From positions 434,001 through 498,000 of the forward strand of contig JANJGN010000189.1 of assembly GCA_026770705.1 (NCBI GenBank): DNA of 64,000 nucleotides, in the 5' to 3' direction. This DNA comes from Isurus oxyrinchus (lineage: Eukaryota). The position numbers were made by a program, and so were the translations under genes. The notes beneath the pieces are model-generated. The model was not told the DNA's origin. It made no database searches and worked only from the letters and a program-made list of their open reading frames with translations. The number at the start of each line of letters is the position of its first letter. Position 1 is the stretch's first letter. Shown here piece after piece: positions 1 to 13,074 of the stretch.

Positions 1-385
1 ATTTGTGCACAGCAAGATCCCGCAAACCACCGTGTGATAATGACCTGATAGTCGATTATTTCAGTGAGGTTGGTTGTTACATGTGTAGAGACTACATACC
101 CTTTAGGGAGGGAAGCATGTCTCGATGGGGATGTGACTCCAGTCTCAGACACCAACATGGTTAACTCTTACCTGCCCTCTGAACTGGTCTCCCAGTTTGG
201 GACAAACCAGTGGTTCAGGAGGAAGACCCCCCACCACCTTCTCAAGGGGAAACTAGGGATGGACAATAAATGTCAGCATTGCCCGAGAATGAGTATTTAA
301 ACATTGAGTGAGTGTATCGCTTCTCGAGATACATCGGAGCATCATTGTAAACCTGTAGTGCAGTAATTAATGGCTGTTTTTACAG

Positions 386-482
386 GTAGAGACTCCAGTA
401 AATGGACAGTAGGATTGTTCACGGCTGGGATCATGTTGAGTGTTTTCCTGGCTGGAATCTTCATCTTCATCTGTGTGAGAAA
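386..482 (+). CDS. Siglec-like gene 1 (inhibitory type, 5' part outside window): transmembrane exon, RDSSKWTVGLFTAGIMLSVFLAGIFIFICVRK
   Basis: ttttacag acceptor and gtaagt donor; 97 nt, phase 1 to 2; uncharged hydrophobic helix followed by a basic stop-transfer; same length as and homologous to the exon at 56922-57018. Confidence 0.88.
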
Positions 483-1360
483 GTAAGTCTGAAGATTTAA
501 CTTGATTTTAATATAAACATTTGCTTCAATGTTCTTTCCTTAAGTCGGTGATTGTTTCCCTTGGGATCAGCACCAGGTCCCTCTCTGTAAGTGATCCCTG
601 TGTCCACTCTGATCCGGAGAGAACCTTTCATTGTCCTGTATCCAGGTAAACAATCACGAGACCCAGAGATTCCTCACTCTGCACGATTACTCCGGGATAA
701 ATATTTGCTTCAATGTTCTTTCCTTAAGTCGGTGATTGTTTCCCTTGTGTTAAGCGCTAGATGCCTCTCCGTAACTGGTCTCTGTTGTCCCTTACGATCC
801 AGACAGTGTTTTTCATTGCCCGTTATCCAGATGAATAATAATCAGTTGCTGTGATCTGGAAGGTGCTGCCTGAAAGGGCGCTGGAAGCAGATTTAATAGG
901 ATCTTTCAAAAGGGGAATTGGATAAATACTTGAAGGGGGAACATTTGAAGGGCTATGGGGGGAAGAGCAGAGGTGGAGGGGGGGTCAAAGATATGGCGTG
1001 TCATTATAATGATATTATACCTTAGGCTTATTTATTGTACAAGAAACAAAGCACCAATCGCTCACAGGGATTGGGTGAGAATGTTAATGATTTGTTTATC
1101 AAGACTCGGCACGAGAACAGTTATACATATGGAGAAAGATTGAAGGCATCAGAGCTGTGAGTGTGTGCTCTGCTCAAAGCAAAAGTCAAACTAAGATTGG
1201 ATCACATGACACACTTCCATTATAGTGATGTCACGCTGATATCCCTTATTGGAACTAGAGATAGTCCAGTCGTTGGTGTAAGGTTACACTGGGCTCTGTG
1301 TCTGTGCTGCACTGACTCTCTGCTATATGATAACCACAGTGTGATATTGTGTTATTGCAG

Positions 1361-1442
1361 GAGAAAGACAGCGATGGAGGAGAGAGTTTCAGGGACCAGT
1401 GACATTGTATTGACCCCCAGTCCACTCTCTGTGAAGCACCAG
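1361..1442 (+). CDS. Siglec-like gene 1: first cytoplasmic exon, RKTAMEERVSGTSDIVLTPSPLSVKHQ
   Basis: ttattgcag acceptor and CAG|gtacag donor; 82 nt, phase 2 to 0, joins the TM exon and terminal exon in frame. Confidence 0.8.
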
Positions 1443-1654
1443 GTACAGGAGCTGTTTACACTCACTCCAAAGCTTCTATCTCAGTGTGTAGACAACACAT
1501 GTCCCAGATTCCCAGCCAGGTTACCCACAGATATCTACCTGTGGAGTCAGATATGGCTCAGTAGGTAGCATTGTCTCTCGCTCCCTCCCCCTCTTCCCTC
1601 CATCACTCGCTCTTTGACCAGAAACCTGAACGCAATAATGACAAGGCACCTGAT

Positions 1655-2035
1655 GTCAGTAGTGAGGGAGTGCTGCACTGTCCTAGGGTCTGTGCTGAGG
1701 GAGTGCTGGAGTATCAGAAGGTCAGTACTGAGGGAGTGTTGCACTGTCAGAGGGTCTGTACTGAGGGAGAGCTAGACTGTCAGAGGGTCAGTACTGAGGG
1801 AGTGCTGCGCTGTCATAGGGTCAGTACTGAGGGAGTGCTGGACTGTCGGACGGTCAGTACTGAGGGAGTGCTGCACTGTCGGAGGGTCAGTACTGAGGGA
1901 GTGCTGCACTGTCGGATGGTCAGTACTGAGGACAGTACTGAGTGAGTGCTGCACTGTCAAAGAGTCCATTTTCAAGGGGTGCTGCCCTCTTGAAGGGGCA
2001 GTTCCGAGGGAGTGCTGCACTGTCAGCAGAGAGCA
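1655..2035 (+). repeat. 33-bp minisatellite (actgagggagtgctgcactgtcggagggtcagt) derived from a DeuSINE-like SINE core
   Basis: Visible tandem units; produces the STEGVLHCRRV repeat ORFs; the same unit recurs at 8505-8795, 10860-10975, 27120-27670, 34260-34755, 39560-39968 and 62850-62950. Confidence 0.85.
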
Positions 2036-2488
2036 CTGAGAGAACATTGCAGTGTTCGAGGTGCCTCTTTCAGAATAGTTGTATAATGCTGACCATGTTT
2101 ACCATCTTATCTGGTCCCATGGCCACATTTCCAACACTGTAGCTGTGTCGCCCTTCAATAAAATTCCTTCATTGGCGTGAGGTTCTTTGTGTGTCTGTGT
2201 TTGTGAATAATGGGGCACAAATCTCATGATTGGGATGGTAACATAGGACTTCAAGACTCAGGTCTGCGATAGCGAGAGAGATTACATGATAAATAGAGAG
2301 AGAAAGCAAGAGAGAGAGAGAGAAAGAGAGACAGAGAAAGAGATTGAAAAATGAGACAGAGAAAGAGAGTGAAAAAGAGGGTTAAACCCACTGAGACACG
2401 ACTGACAGTAACGAGGCTGCAGAATAACTTAACCCTATCAGTGCCAGTAAATGATGTGAGGATGTCTTCTGTTTCTATTTCTCTGTAG

Positions 2489-2737
2489 GGTAAACAGAAC
2501 GTGCTGATTACTGAGCCCCGGAACACAACCAGAGACACAACTAGCGAGGGGGAGACCCCAGCTCCCCGGGGTCTCTCTGAAGGTCCAGTGGGAGGCGATG
2601 CTGGACATGGGAACCCCGACAAACCAGACGAGCTTTTCTACGCCAACATCAACTTTTCAAAGCTGCCCAGCAGTGACAGGACTGTGCACAGGAGCGAGGA
2701 CACGGAATACACACAGATCAGGTTCCAGAAAAACTGA
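2489..2737 (+). CDS. Siglec-like gene 1: terminal cytoplasmic exon with ITIM (LFYANI, 2633-2650) and ITSM-like motif (TEYTQI, 2702-2719)
   Basis: Polypyrimidine + tag acceptor, phase 0, ends TGA; proximal ITIM plus distal TxYxxI is the tail layout of CD33-related Siglecs. Confidence 0.9.
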   Translation, partial: GKQNVLITEPRNTTRDTTSEGETPAPRGLSEGPVGGDAGHGNPDKPDELFYANINFSKLPSSDRTVHRSEDTEYTQIRFQKN

Positions 2738-2929
2738 GTGTGAAACAGGGAGCGGGGCTGTGGGGGGTGTGCAGCCAACATGGCCAAATAGTAATGAACA
2801 CAAATATGATGTTGCTCAACTTTTTTTTATTGGTTTTAACTGAGCTTTCTGAATGCTGCACCTTTTTCCATGCTGTAAAAGATTGTGAGAAGCTTATGAA
2901 TTATGTATAATTTAACATCTGTTAATACA

Positions 2930-4670
2930 AGGTGAGGTGACAGTGACTGCCTTTGACATCAAGTCTGCATTTGACCGAGTGTGGCATCTAGGATCCCGAG
3001 CAAAACTGGAGTCAATGTGAATCAGGGGTGGTACGAAATTATAATAATTTGCTTAATATTTTCCAGGTTTGTTGTAAACTAGGTTTATGGGTGTGAGTGT
3101 AGATGGGTCTGACTGTGTAGTTTAATTACATCTGGAGACAGGTACACTGCAAGTTTGAGATTATCAAGAGAAGCTAGATGTAGAAATGTACTTGAAATGC
3201 TAATGAGAACACATGGAGGCTGCCTTAGCATGTAAGGTGTGAAGGGGCTGTTTAGATTTCAAAGGGATGTTGGTCTGTTTAGGACAAGCCCAATAAGCAA
3301 AGCTAAGGAGTTTTTTTTTTATTTTACCCAAACTTCATTGACAATATTGGCAACATGAAAGTTTATATTATGGGAAAGGTACAGTTCCAAAGAATTTACA
3401 CATCAAAGAGAGAGAAACATGTATAAAGGAGAATGAAAGGCTATGTTGGGGGCCATGTAAGATCTAACAGGAGTGTGTGAAACAGGCTTGAAGAAGCCTC
3501 CAGGCATTTGTGCATAAGTCTGTTATGTTCAGTAAATAAAGTTGGAGAAATCCATTTAGAATTCCAGTGTCAAGTGTGTGCTGTGTTAACTCGCTGGGTT
3601 TGTTTTTAATCTAAAATCTTATTTTGGACTGTTGCCTTAAACAGGCTCTGTAACTGGGAGTCAGGTTAATTAGGAATTTGAGAATATATTTTAGCTGTAA
3701 CTAACTGTGGTATTATGTCTGTGCTTGAAATCTTTTATTTCGTTAATAAATATCTTAATTGAATTTTTAAAATCTCTAAAGGTTGTGGTCAACTCATTAC
3801 TCCTGAATTCAGTGCACGCTTCTTGTAATAAATACAAATTGCAAAACTATTGTGATAGCATGACCAATTTTCCTTTGTGGATTTGGAGCACCAAGCACAC
3901 ATCATCTGCCATGTCATGTCACAGGGAAAACTCTCCACTCGTTGGATTCATACCAAGTACAAAGGAAGGTGGTTGTTGTTGTTGGAGGTCAGTCATCTCA
4001 GTTCCAGGACATCACTGCAGGAGTTGCTCAGTGTAGTGTCCTAGGCCCAACCATCTTCAGCTGCTTCATCAATGACATTCATTCTATCAGATGGTCAGAA
4101 TTATGGAAGGTCGCTGATGATTGCACAACGTTCAACATCATTCATGACTCATCAGATGCTGAAGCAGTCCATGTCCAAATGCAGCAAGACCTGGACAATA
4201 TCCAGGCTTGGCCTGACAAGTGGCAAGTAACATTCATGCCACACAAGTGCCAGGCAATGACCATTTCCAACCAGAGAGAATATATCCATCTCCCCTTAAT
4301 GTCCAATAGCATCACCATTGCTGAATCCCACACTATCAACACTCTGGGGGTTACCAATGACTAGAAACTGAACTGTACTAGCCATATAAACACTGTGACT
4401 ATAAGAGCAGGCCAGAGCCTGGGAATCCTGTGGTGAGTAACTCACCTCCTGACTCCCCAAAGCCTGTCCACCAACCTCAAGGCACAGGTCAGAAGTGATG
4501 GAATACTCTCCACTTTCCTAGATGAGTGCAGCTCCAACAACACTCAAGAAGCTCAACACCGTCCAGGACAAAACAGACCCGCTTGATTTGCGCCCCGTCC
4601 ACAAACATTCTCTCCCTCTACAACTGACGCACAGTGGCAGCAGTGTGTGTACCATCTACAAGATGCAATG
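2930..4670 (+). mobile_element. Degenerate CR1/L2-clade LINE ORF2 (RT) fragment, split by a solo LTR
   Basis: ORF 3942-4364 has RT motifs GVAQCSVLGPTIFSCFIND and VADD; colinear with the copy at 23300-24375. Confidence 0.8.
3029..3923 (+). mobile_element. Solo LTR inserted in the LINE
   Basis: TG...CA ends; the LINE sequence resumes across it (gaatcagggg / gggaaaactc); homologous to 35516-36560 and 45725-46130. Confidence 0.65.
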
Positions 4671-5914
4671 CAGGGAGTCCCTGCACACCCAATCTGGAGT
4701 CACTGGGTTCAGTTCTGAGTCCAGCAGCTTAGGAAGGATATATTGTCCTTGGAGGGGGTGCTGTGCAGTGTCACCAGGATGATCCCGGAGCTGAAAGGGT
4801 TAAATCCCGAGGACAGGTTGCACAGACCAGGCTTGTGTTCCCTCGAGTCTCGAAGATTAAGGGGTGATCTAATCGAGGGGTTTAAGATGAGCCGTCTCTG
4901 TGACCTGCTTCAACCCTGTTGGTCAGCAATGACAACATGAGTTGATGTTAGCCTGATATGTAGTGCATGGAGGGATATTACTCTCCAGGGTGTGTGTGCA
5001 TCACAGTGCTCATTCACATGTGTTCCATGTGCACCTACATCAGCTGTGTAGACATACAAGCCTCAATGCTGCATCCGGGGAATGTACCATGTCTCACACC
5101 TTAGCTGCAGCACGACCCTTCCCTTGGAGCTCTGTGTGCTCGAGACATATTTTGTTATTTTTTCCTGCCGTCTCTGTGTCCCCCGACCCGGGAGTGAAAA
5201 TCCGGCCTTAACTTCCACTTTCTAGTGTCTGAGACAAGAGGCAATGAGTGAGTGGGCTGACGGTCAGGATTAATGCTGTTAATCTGTGTTTGAGGGGCTG
5301 TGAATTCTCGGGGGACTAGTTACTCTCTGAGCAGCAGCTTCCAAATCCTTATTTGATGCCGCGCATGTGGGGTTGGAAGATTTTTTTTAAAACCACAGGC
5401 AGTTCACAGAAACCCACAGGAAACCCACAGAGAGACAGTCACTGAGAAAGTCACTCACTCCTTGTGGTTTCACCTTTTAACCACATCCTGTCTGTGTGGC
5501 TTAAATGTTAAACACACCGGCCACACTCAGGGAGGTTTCACTCTGTGANNNNNNNNNNNNNNNNNNNNNNNNNNNNNNNNNNNNNNNNNNNNNNNNNNNN
5601 NNNNNNNNNNNNNNNNNNNNNNNNNNNNNNNNNNNNNNNNNNNNNNNNNNNNNNNNNNNNNNNNNNNNNNNNNNNNNNNNNNNNNNNNNNNNNNNNNNNN
5701 NNNNNNNNNNNNNNNNNNNNNNNNNNNNNNNNNNNNNNNNNNNNNNNNNNNNNNNNNNNNNNNNNNNNNATACACACGATCACACACTTACAGACAGACA
5801 CAAACACACACATTCACACACACACACACATTCACTCACACACACACATTCACTCACACACTCACTCACACACACAAACACACACACAAAGACAATATCC
5901 CAATGACAACAAAC

Positions 5915-8103
5915 TGTGATTAAGAGCTTCCTACAACTTAACTAAGAGACCAAAGACATATTGAACTGTCTAAAAGCGACCTGTTTTTCAAAGAAATACA
6001 AGATTGTACACAGATCAAAAATGGCTGACACAAGTCACCTGATTGCTGATACTGTGAAGTTGATCACTTCTCTGGAAAGGTTCAAATGAATTGCACTGCA
6101 GACCTGTTGCATGGAAGTTCACGCCTGGGATGTGTCAGGGTCCACTTCAAATAGAGACACTCTTAAAAGGAAGGCATTAAAATGTAAAGTGCTGGACTTT
6201 GATCAGCTGTAGTTCAATCAAAACATTGGGAACTGCTCACCAAGCGGATAATCATCAACCATTCAAAACCCCCTGTGGAGGATACAATACCCCCGTCTCC
6301 TGTTGATTTATATCTTGAAATGCATCAAAGGTTTCAGAGATGCAAAGATAAAAAAATGGGAATACTTGGTCTATAACAATGAATGCAAAACATGCTGATC
6401 GAATTGACTTCAGGGATATACAGACAGGAGTTTAACAAATGGTTCTGCCAAGCAGATATAAGAGAAAGGAGGGGAAAAAGAAATATGGCAGTCTTCCACA
6501 AACACTGCTGGAAAAGAGCAGAAATGATTTCTCCCTCTCTCTCTCTCTGTCTGAAGCTAACAGAATGTCTTCAACAATGTGCAAGTCTGAGCCAGATAAA
6601 ATACAGGAATCTACAGAAAACCAACTAATTTAAAACAGCTTCAAACTTCACAGCCTACGCTGTAGTACAAGCAAACGACTCTTTTAATTTTTTATTGGAC
6701 TCCATAATTATNNNNNNNNNNNNNNNNNNNNNNNNNNNNNNNNNNNNNNNNNNNNNNNNNNNNNNNNNNNNNNNNNNNNNNNNNNNNNNNNNNNNNNNNN
6801 NNNNNNNNNNNNNNNNNNNNNNNNNNNNNNNNNNNNNNNNNNNNNNNNNNNNNNNNNNNNNNNNNNNNNNNNNNNNNNNNNNNNNNNNNNNNNNNNNNNN
6901 NNNNNNNNNNNNNNNNNNNNNNNNNNNNNNNNNNNNNNNNNNNNNNNNNNNNNNNNNNNNNNNNNNNNNNNNNNNNNNNNNNNNNNNNNNNNNNNNNNNN
7001 NNNNNNNNNNNNNNNNNNATTATTTTTCCTCCAGTTAGGTAACTAATAAACTTACTCTTTCTTTGACTCCACCAAACGTGGTTTAATTGGTTCATTCTTA
7101 ACAATCAAAGAGACTTGCTTTGGAAATTGCATTTGGGGGAAAATATATTTTAAACCCTTTTTTTCAACCAACCATAATTACCTCTTAAACATCTTAATCT
7201 CATTACTACTGAATTCAAAGCCCACATCTCAAAACATACAAGTTGGAAATTAGTTGTGACAGTTGTTTCAAGTTTCCCTCCAGGATTTGAACAGCTCAGC
7301 ATTTACCATCTGTTATGTCATAACAGAGCTTCCTTCAACTTAACCAACGAGCCAAAAACGTATTGAACTGTTTAAAGGAGACCTGTTTTTCAAAAGTACT
7401 AGATTAGGCATTGATCAAAAATGGCTGTCACGAGGCACCTGATTGCTGATACTGCAAACTTGATCACTTCTCTGGAAAGCTTCAAATGAATTGCACTACA
7501 GACATGTTGCATGAAAGTTCTCACTGAGATGTGTCAGGGTCCACCTGAAACAGGGGCTCCATTAAAAATGCAAAGCGCTGGACTCTGATCACTGTAGGTC
7601 TATCAAGCTAATGGGAACTGCTCACCATGCAGATATTCATCAGTCATTCAAAACCCCTTGTGGAGGATGAAATGCCTTCATCTCCTGTTGATTTATATCT
7701 TGAAATGCATCAAATGTTTCAGAGATGCAAAGATCAAAAAAGGGATTACTTGGTCTGCGACAATGAATGCAAGACATGCTGATCGAATTCCCTTTGGGAA
7801 TATACAGACAGGAGTTTAACAACAGGTTCTGTCAAGCAGATATAAGAGAAAGTAGGAGGAAAAAGAAAGATGGCAGTCACTCAAAAACACTGCTGGAAAA
7901 GAGCAGAAATTCTCTCTCTCTCTCTCTCTCTTTCTGAAGTTAACAGCGCATCTTCAACAAAGTGCAAATCTGAATCAAATCACCACCAGGATGCCACAGG
8001 AAACCAATTAACCTTGAACAGCTGCAAACGTCAATAATCTACACCTCAAAGACAAGCAATTGTATTAATCATATATTCTTTTAAATTTTTATTGGACTCC
8101 ATC
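5915..8103 (+). mobile_element. Two adjacent or nested copies of an LTR-like element (5915-7325 and 7326 to >8103)
   Basis: About 780 bp at 5925-6710 is repeated in diverged form at 7326-8103; first copy has TG...cataaCA ends; both are interrupted by N gaps. Confidence 0.55.
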
Positions 8104-8861
8104 NNNNNNNNNNNNNNNNNNNNNNNNNNNNNNNNNNNNNNNNNNNNNNNNNNNNNNNNNNNNNNNNNNNNNNNNNNNNNNNNNNNNNNNNNNNNNNNNN
8201 NNNNNNNNNNNNNNNNNNNNNNNNNNNNNNNNNNNNNNNNNNNNNGTGAGTGTGTGTCTGTCTATGTACCCTTGTGAGTGAGTGTGTGTGTGTGTGTGTA
8301 CATGTGTGCATGTGGATTGTTGCATCTTTATTATTAACGTTATTTAAAAATAGTGATCACACAAGCCTGGTTTCTAAGGAAATGAAACTGCAAACAATTT
8401 ACAGTAAAGTGAAACGTACAGGAATAATCTATTTATTTTGAGCTGATGATATATAATTATACATGAGGCATGTTGCTAATTTCAAATGTCATCTGAAATA
8501 TGGCAGGTCTGACAGAGCAGCATTCCCTCAGTGCCCACCCTCTGACAGTGCAGCACTCCCTCAGCATTGACCCTTTGAGAGTGCAGCACTCCTTCAGTAT
8601 TGACCCTCTGGAAGTGCAGCACTCCCTCAGCACTGACCCTCTGGGAGTGCAGCTCTCCCTCAGTACCGACCCTCTGGAAGTGCAGCACTCCCTCAGTGCT
8701 AACCCTCCAACAGTGCAGCACTCTCTCAGTCCTGACCCTCTGACAGTGCAGCACTCCCTCAGTACTGACCCTCCAACAGTGCAGCACTCCCTCACTGGGA
8801 AGAGTCCGTCCGCATTTTAAGCTGAAACCTTGAGACGGTCTCAAAATCCCAACCTTCCATC

Positions 8862-9509
8862 TCAGAGAGAGAGAGTGCGTTTATGTGAGAGAGAGAGACA
8901 ATGTATGTGTGAGAGACTGAGAGTGTGTATGTGTGAGAGAGCAAAAGAGAGGTAGAGTGTGTGTGCATGAGAGAGGGAGGTAGCTTGTGTGTGTGAGAGA
9001 GAGAGTGTGTGTGAGAGAAAGAGAACGTCTGTGAGAGTGAGAGAGAATTTATGTGTGAGAGAGAAAGATAGAGAGAATGTGCGTGTGAGATAGTGTGTGT
9101 GCAAAAGAGAGTGTGTGCCTGTGAGAGAGTGTTTGTGTATGTGAGAGTGTGTGTGTGAGATCGTGTGTGTGTGTGTGTTTGAGAAAGAGGGTGTGTGTGT
9201 TTGAGAGAGGGAGTGTGCGAGAAAGAGATGGTGTGAGTGTTTGAGGGAGGGGGAGATTGTGTGTTTGAGACAGGGAGTGAGAGAGAACATGTGTGTGAGA
9301 GAGAGAGTGTGTGTGTATGTGTGTGTGTGAAAGAGAAAGTGTTTGTGCAAAACAGTGTGTGTTTGAGAGTATGTGTGCATGTGTGAGTGTGTGTGTGCTA
9401 ATGTTTGTGTCTGTGTGTGTGTGAGGGTTTGTGTGTGAGTGAGTTTGTGCGTTTGTGTGCGTGTGTGTGTGCATGTGTGTGCGTGAAAGAGTGTTTGTGC
9501 AAAAGAGTG
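8862..9509. repeat. Compound (GA)n/(GT)n microsatellite
   Basis: Direct inspection; source of the His/Thr/Leu-rich spurious ORFs. Confidence 0.9.
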
Positions 9510-9819
9510 NNNNNNNNNNNNNNNNNNNNNNNNNNNNNNNNNNNNNNNNNNNNNNNNNNNNNNNNNNNNNNNNNNNNNNNNNNNNNNNNNNNNNNNNNNN
9601 NNNNNNNNNNNNNNNNNNNNNNNNNNNNNNNNNNNNNNNNNNNNNNNNNNNNNNNNNNNNNNNNNNNNNNNNNNNNNNNNNNNNNNNNNNNNNNNNNNNN
9701 NNNNNNNNNNNNNNNNNNNNNNNNGTTCACAGTTACACACGTTGCTAGGGACCACTTTTCCGCCTCTCTGTCAGACTGTGTGTATCTGACAGCAGGTCAG
9801 GCAGAAATAGTCCAGAATG

Positions 9820-10140
9820 CGCTGTGGTTTTGTAGCATTGAAACAACGACAGGAACTAAATGAGTGCTGCACCAAATAAAGACATGGAGTTACCACACCA
9901 AAAAACCACGTGACTTCCCCAGTTTCACATCTCCCTCAAACACAGAAAAACTGGGTTAACACTGACCCTCCTCCCAGAGCCAGTTCACCTCGTGTCCGAT
10001 GCAGTCAGGAGAGGAAGTTCATCTCTCCTCCGATCCTGGTAAACTGAACATTTCCAGAATTAGATCAGCTCCCTGAAGTGTCTCCAGTTAGACATTCATC
10101 TGACAGGATTGACTCTACAACCCTGGGGACTCATTCTCCT
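9820..10140 (+). promoter_or_regulatory. Putative promoter and non-coding first exon of the plus-strand Siglec pseudogene
   Basis: Strong donor cct|gtaagt at 10141; RUNX-like TGTGGTT/ACCACA, E-box CACGTG (9907), ETS/PU.1-like ACTTCCCC (9913) and GAGGAAGT (10011). Confidence 0.45.
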
Positions 10141-11039
10141 GTAAGTAAAACACTTGCTGCTCCTGTCAAATCTCTTCTGTACAGCATGGTCTCTGGATGT
10201 CCCAGAACACTTTACAGTTGAGTACACCCTTTTTTCGAAGTGTGGTTACTGTTGTAATGTAGGAAACGCAGCAGCCAATTAGCGCACAGCAAGCTCCCAC
10301 AAACAGAAATGTGATCACCTGTTTTTGGTGATGTTGGTTGAGGGATAAATATTGGTCCCAGGACACCGGGGAGATCTCCCCCCTGCTCTTCCTCCAAATA
10401 GTGGCTGTGGGATCTTTCACACCCGCCCGAGAGGGCAGACGGGGGACTCGGCTTAGTGTCTAATATTGGACTAATCTCCAGGCGAGGTTGGCTGGATGGA
10501 TTATTGACAAGGTCCATTCACCCTGTAAAGAGTTTCTCTGGTTTGAAATACCCGATCAAACATCGAGTTCTGTGTCTAAACCTTGTGTTGAAAAGACACC
10601 TTTCCAGCTCTTCACCTGCCATTAGCTTGTTGAGTCTTCACATGCTCCGTCTGTCCGTGGCCAACCCCTCTTAGCTCATCCTTTCCTTGTCGTACATCGA
10701 GCTGTTCATCCTGACGGGTTCCCTCCTTCCCAGTAACACTCCATCTCCGACAACAAACTAACTTCCAACACGTTGATGAATTGTATGGATTCCAGCGTCA
10801 GTTGGTTCTGTCTGAGGCTGTTCCTCTGATCGGGGACCGAGCTGTTCTGAACGGACATTGTGTTTAGTACTGATCCTCCGACAGTGCAGCACTCCCTCAG
10901 TACTTACCCTCTGACAGTGCAGCACGCCCTCAGTTCTGATCCTCTGACAGTGCAGCACTCCCTCACCACTCCCTCACTGGGGAGAATCTACCTGGGTTTT
11001 GAGCTGAAATCATGAGCAGGTCTTAAAACATTCTGTATC

Positions 11040-11945
11040 AGAGAGAGAGAGAGTGTCTGAGAGACAGAGAGAGACAGAGAGACTGTGTGAGAGAGAAAAA
11101 GAGATAGAGAGTGCGCATGTGTGAGGGAGAGTGTTAGTATATGAGGGAGAGAGTGTGCATGTGAGAATGTGTGAGAGAGAGTGTGTCGGAGAGAGCGTGT
11201 GTTTGTGACAGAGAGTGTGTGTGTGTGCGAGGGAGAGAAAGAGGGAGACAGCAGAAGATCGAGATGAAGAGAAATGTTAAATGTTTGAGAGAGAGAGAAT
11301 GTGTGTGTCTGAGAGAGAGAGTGTGTGTGTGTGAGAGAGAGTGTGTGCTTGACAGAAAGAGAGATTGTGTTAGTTTTAGGGAAAGTGTGTGAGTGTGTGA
11401 GAGAGTGTTTGTGTCTGAGAGAGAGAGAGAATGTATTTGAGGGAGGGAGACAGAGAGAATGTGTGTGTGAGAGAGAGAGAGATAGAGCAGAAGAGTGCAA
11501 TAGAGAGAGATTGTGAGTGTTAGAGAGAGAATGTGTGTGTGTGAGAGAGAGAGAGATAGAGCAGAAGAGTGTGATAGACATTGTGAGTGTTAGAGAGAGA
11601 ATGTGTGTGTGAGAGAGAGAGATAGAGCAGAAAAGTGCGATAGAGTGAGATTGCGAGTGTTAGAGAGAGAATGTGTGTGTGTGTGAGAGAGAGAGAGATA
11701 GAGCAGAAGAGTGTGATAGAGAGAGATTGTGAGTGTTAGAGAGAGAATGTGTGTGAGAGAGAGAGAGAGATAGAGCAGAAGAGTGCGATAGAGAGAGATT
11801 GTGAGTGTTAGAGAGAGAATGTGTGTGTGTGTGAGAGAGAGAGCAGAAGAGTGTGATAGAGAGAGATTGTGAGTGTTAGAGAGAGAATGTGTGTGTGTGA
11901 GAGAGAGAGATAGAGCAGTAGAGTGCGATAGAGAGAGATTGTGAG
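11040..11945. repeat. GA/GT microsatellite with a ~58-60 bp higher-order repeat (11475-11945)
   Basis: Repeated unit gatagagcagaagagtgcgatagagagagattgtgagtgttagagagagaatgtgtgtg. Confidence 0.85.
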
Positions 11946-12208
11946 GGCTAAACTCACTGAGAGAAAAAGCTGGACACCCAGCACAGGGAGTGAGGGAACA
12001 ATGAATTTTTGCCGTGTTTGGTGAATCGGTTTGCGATGTCCCTTCTCAATCTCTCCTTCCTTGTCTTGACATTAGTTATTCCCTGGGGCTGTTTAACTCA
12101 CTGAAAGGTGCCATTTAACCACAAGTTGTTGTTTGAGGAAGAAACGCTGGGGACAATTTATGAAAAAGTCTCTGTCTTTATCATTTCCATTTAGATGAGG
12201 AACTGAAG

Positions 12209-12254
12209 ATGGGAGAGGTCGGTCTGATACTGATCTTCATCAGCTTGCTGCAAG
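12209..12254 (+). pseudogene. Signal-peptide exon of a truncated Siglec gene, MGEVGLILIFISLLQ(G)
   Basis: Acceptor ttag at 12194, ATG at 12209, CAAG|gtacaa donor, phase 1 in frame with the V exon. Confidence 0.82.
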
Positions 12255-12589
12255 GTACAAATTCATTACTGATCGGAACTCAGGGAATTGGATTCTTTCC
12301 TGGAGTGAGGAAGTGAACATTTAATTTTAGAGAACAGGGTTAGTGATCACACAGAGAGTGAGTGATTAGCGAGTCAGAGAATTTAGCAAAAGAAAAAGTC
12401 TCATACGGACTCGAAACACCAACTCTGTTTCTCTCTCCACAGATGCTGTCAGACCTGCTGAGTTTTTCCAGCATTTTCTGTTTGTGCATCAGAGAGCTTG
12501 TTTCAATAGGAATGACAGTGCATTTATATAGCACCTTTAATGCAGTAAAACATCCTTATTGCTTCACAGGATTCCCCCACAAGGGGTAA

Positions 12590-13040
12590 CATCCCCTCAG
12601 CATCCACCCTGTCAAACCCCCCACCACCTCAGAATCTTATATGTTTCAATAAGATCACCTCTCATTCTTCTAAACTCCAATGGATACAGGGCCCAACCTG
12701 CTCAACATTTCCTCATAAGACAAACCCCCTTCATCCCAGGAATCAGCCCAGTGATCCTCCTCTGAGCTGCCTCCAATGCAGAGTCTATCCCTCCCTAAGT
12801 AAGGAGACCAGAACTGTACACACTGCTCCTGATACAATCTCACCAACGCCCTGTACAGTTGTAGCAAGACTCCCCTCCTTTTATACTCCATCCCTTTGCA
12901 ATAAAGGCCAACATTCCACTTGCCTTCCTCATTCCGTGCTGTTCCTGAATGCTGACTTTCTGTGATTCATGTACATGGACACCCAGATCCCTCTGTACCG
13001 CATTCTGTAGACTCTCTCCATTGAAGTAATATTCTGCTTT
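12590..13040 (-). mobile_element. CR1 LINE 3' ORF2 fragment
   Basis: LLQLYRALVRLYQEQCVQFWSPYL, typical of the CR1 C-terminal region. Confidence 0.8.
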
Positions 13041-13074
13041 TTGATGTTCAGTTCCCTCCCTTGTTGCCTTTCAG

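Noticed and set aside
519-747. 45-bp direct repeat with a period of ~184 bp
   Set aside because: Small intronic tandem duplication with no further structure
8862-11581. Long His/Thr/Leu/Ser ORFs and ORFs running through N gaps
   Set aside because: Dinucleotide microsatellites and unresolved bases
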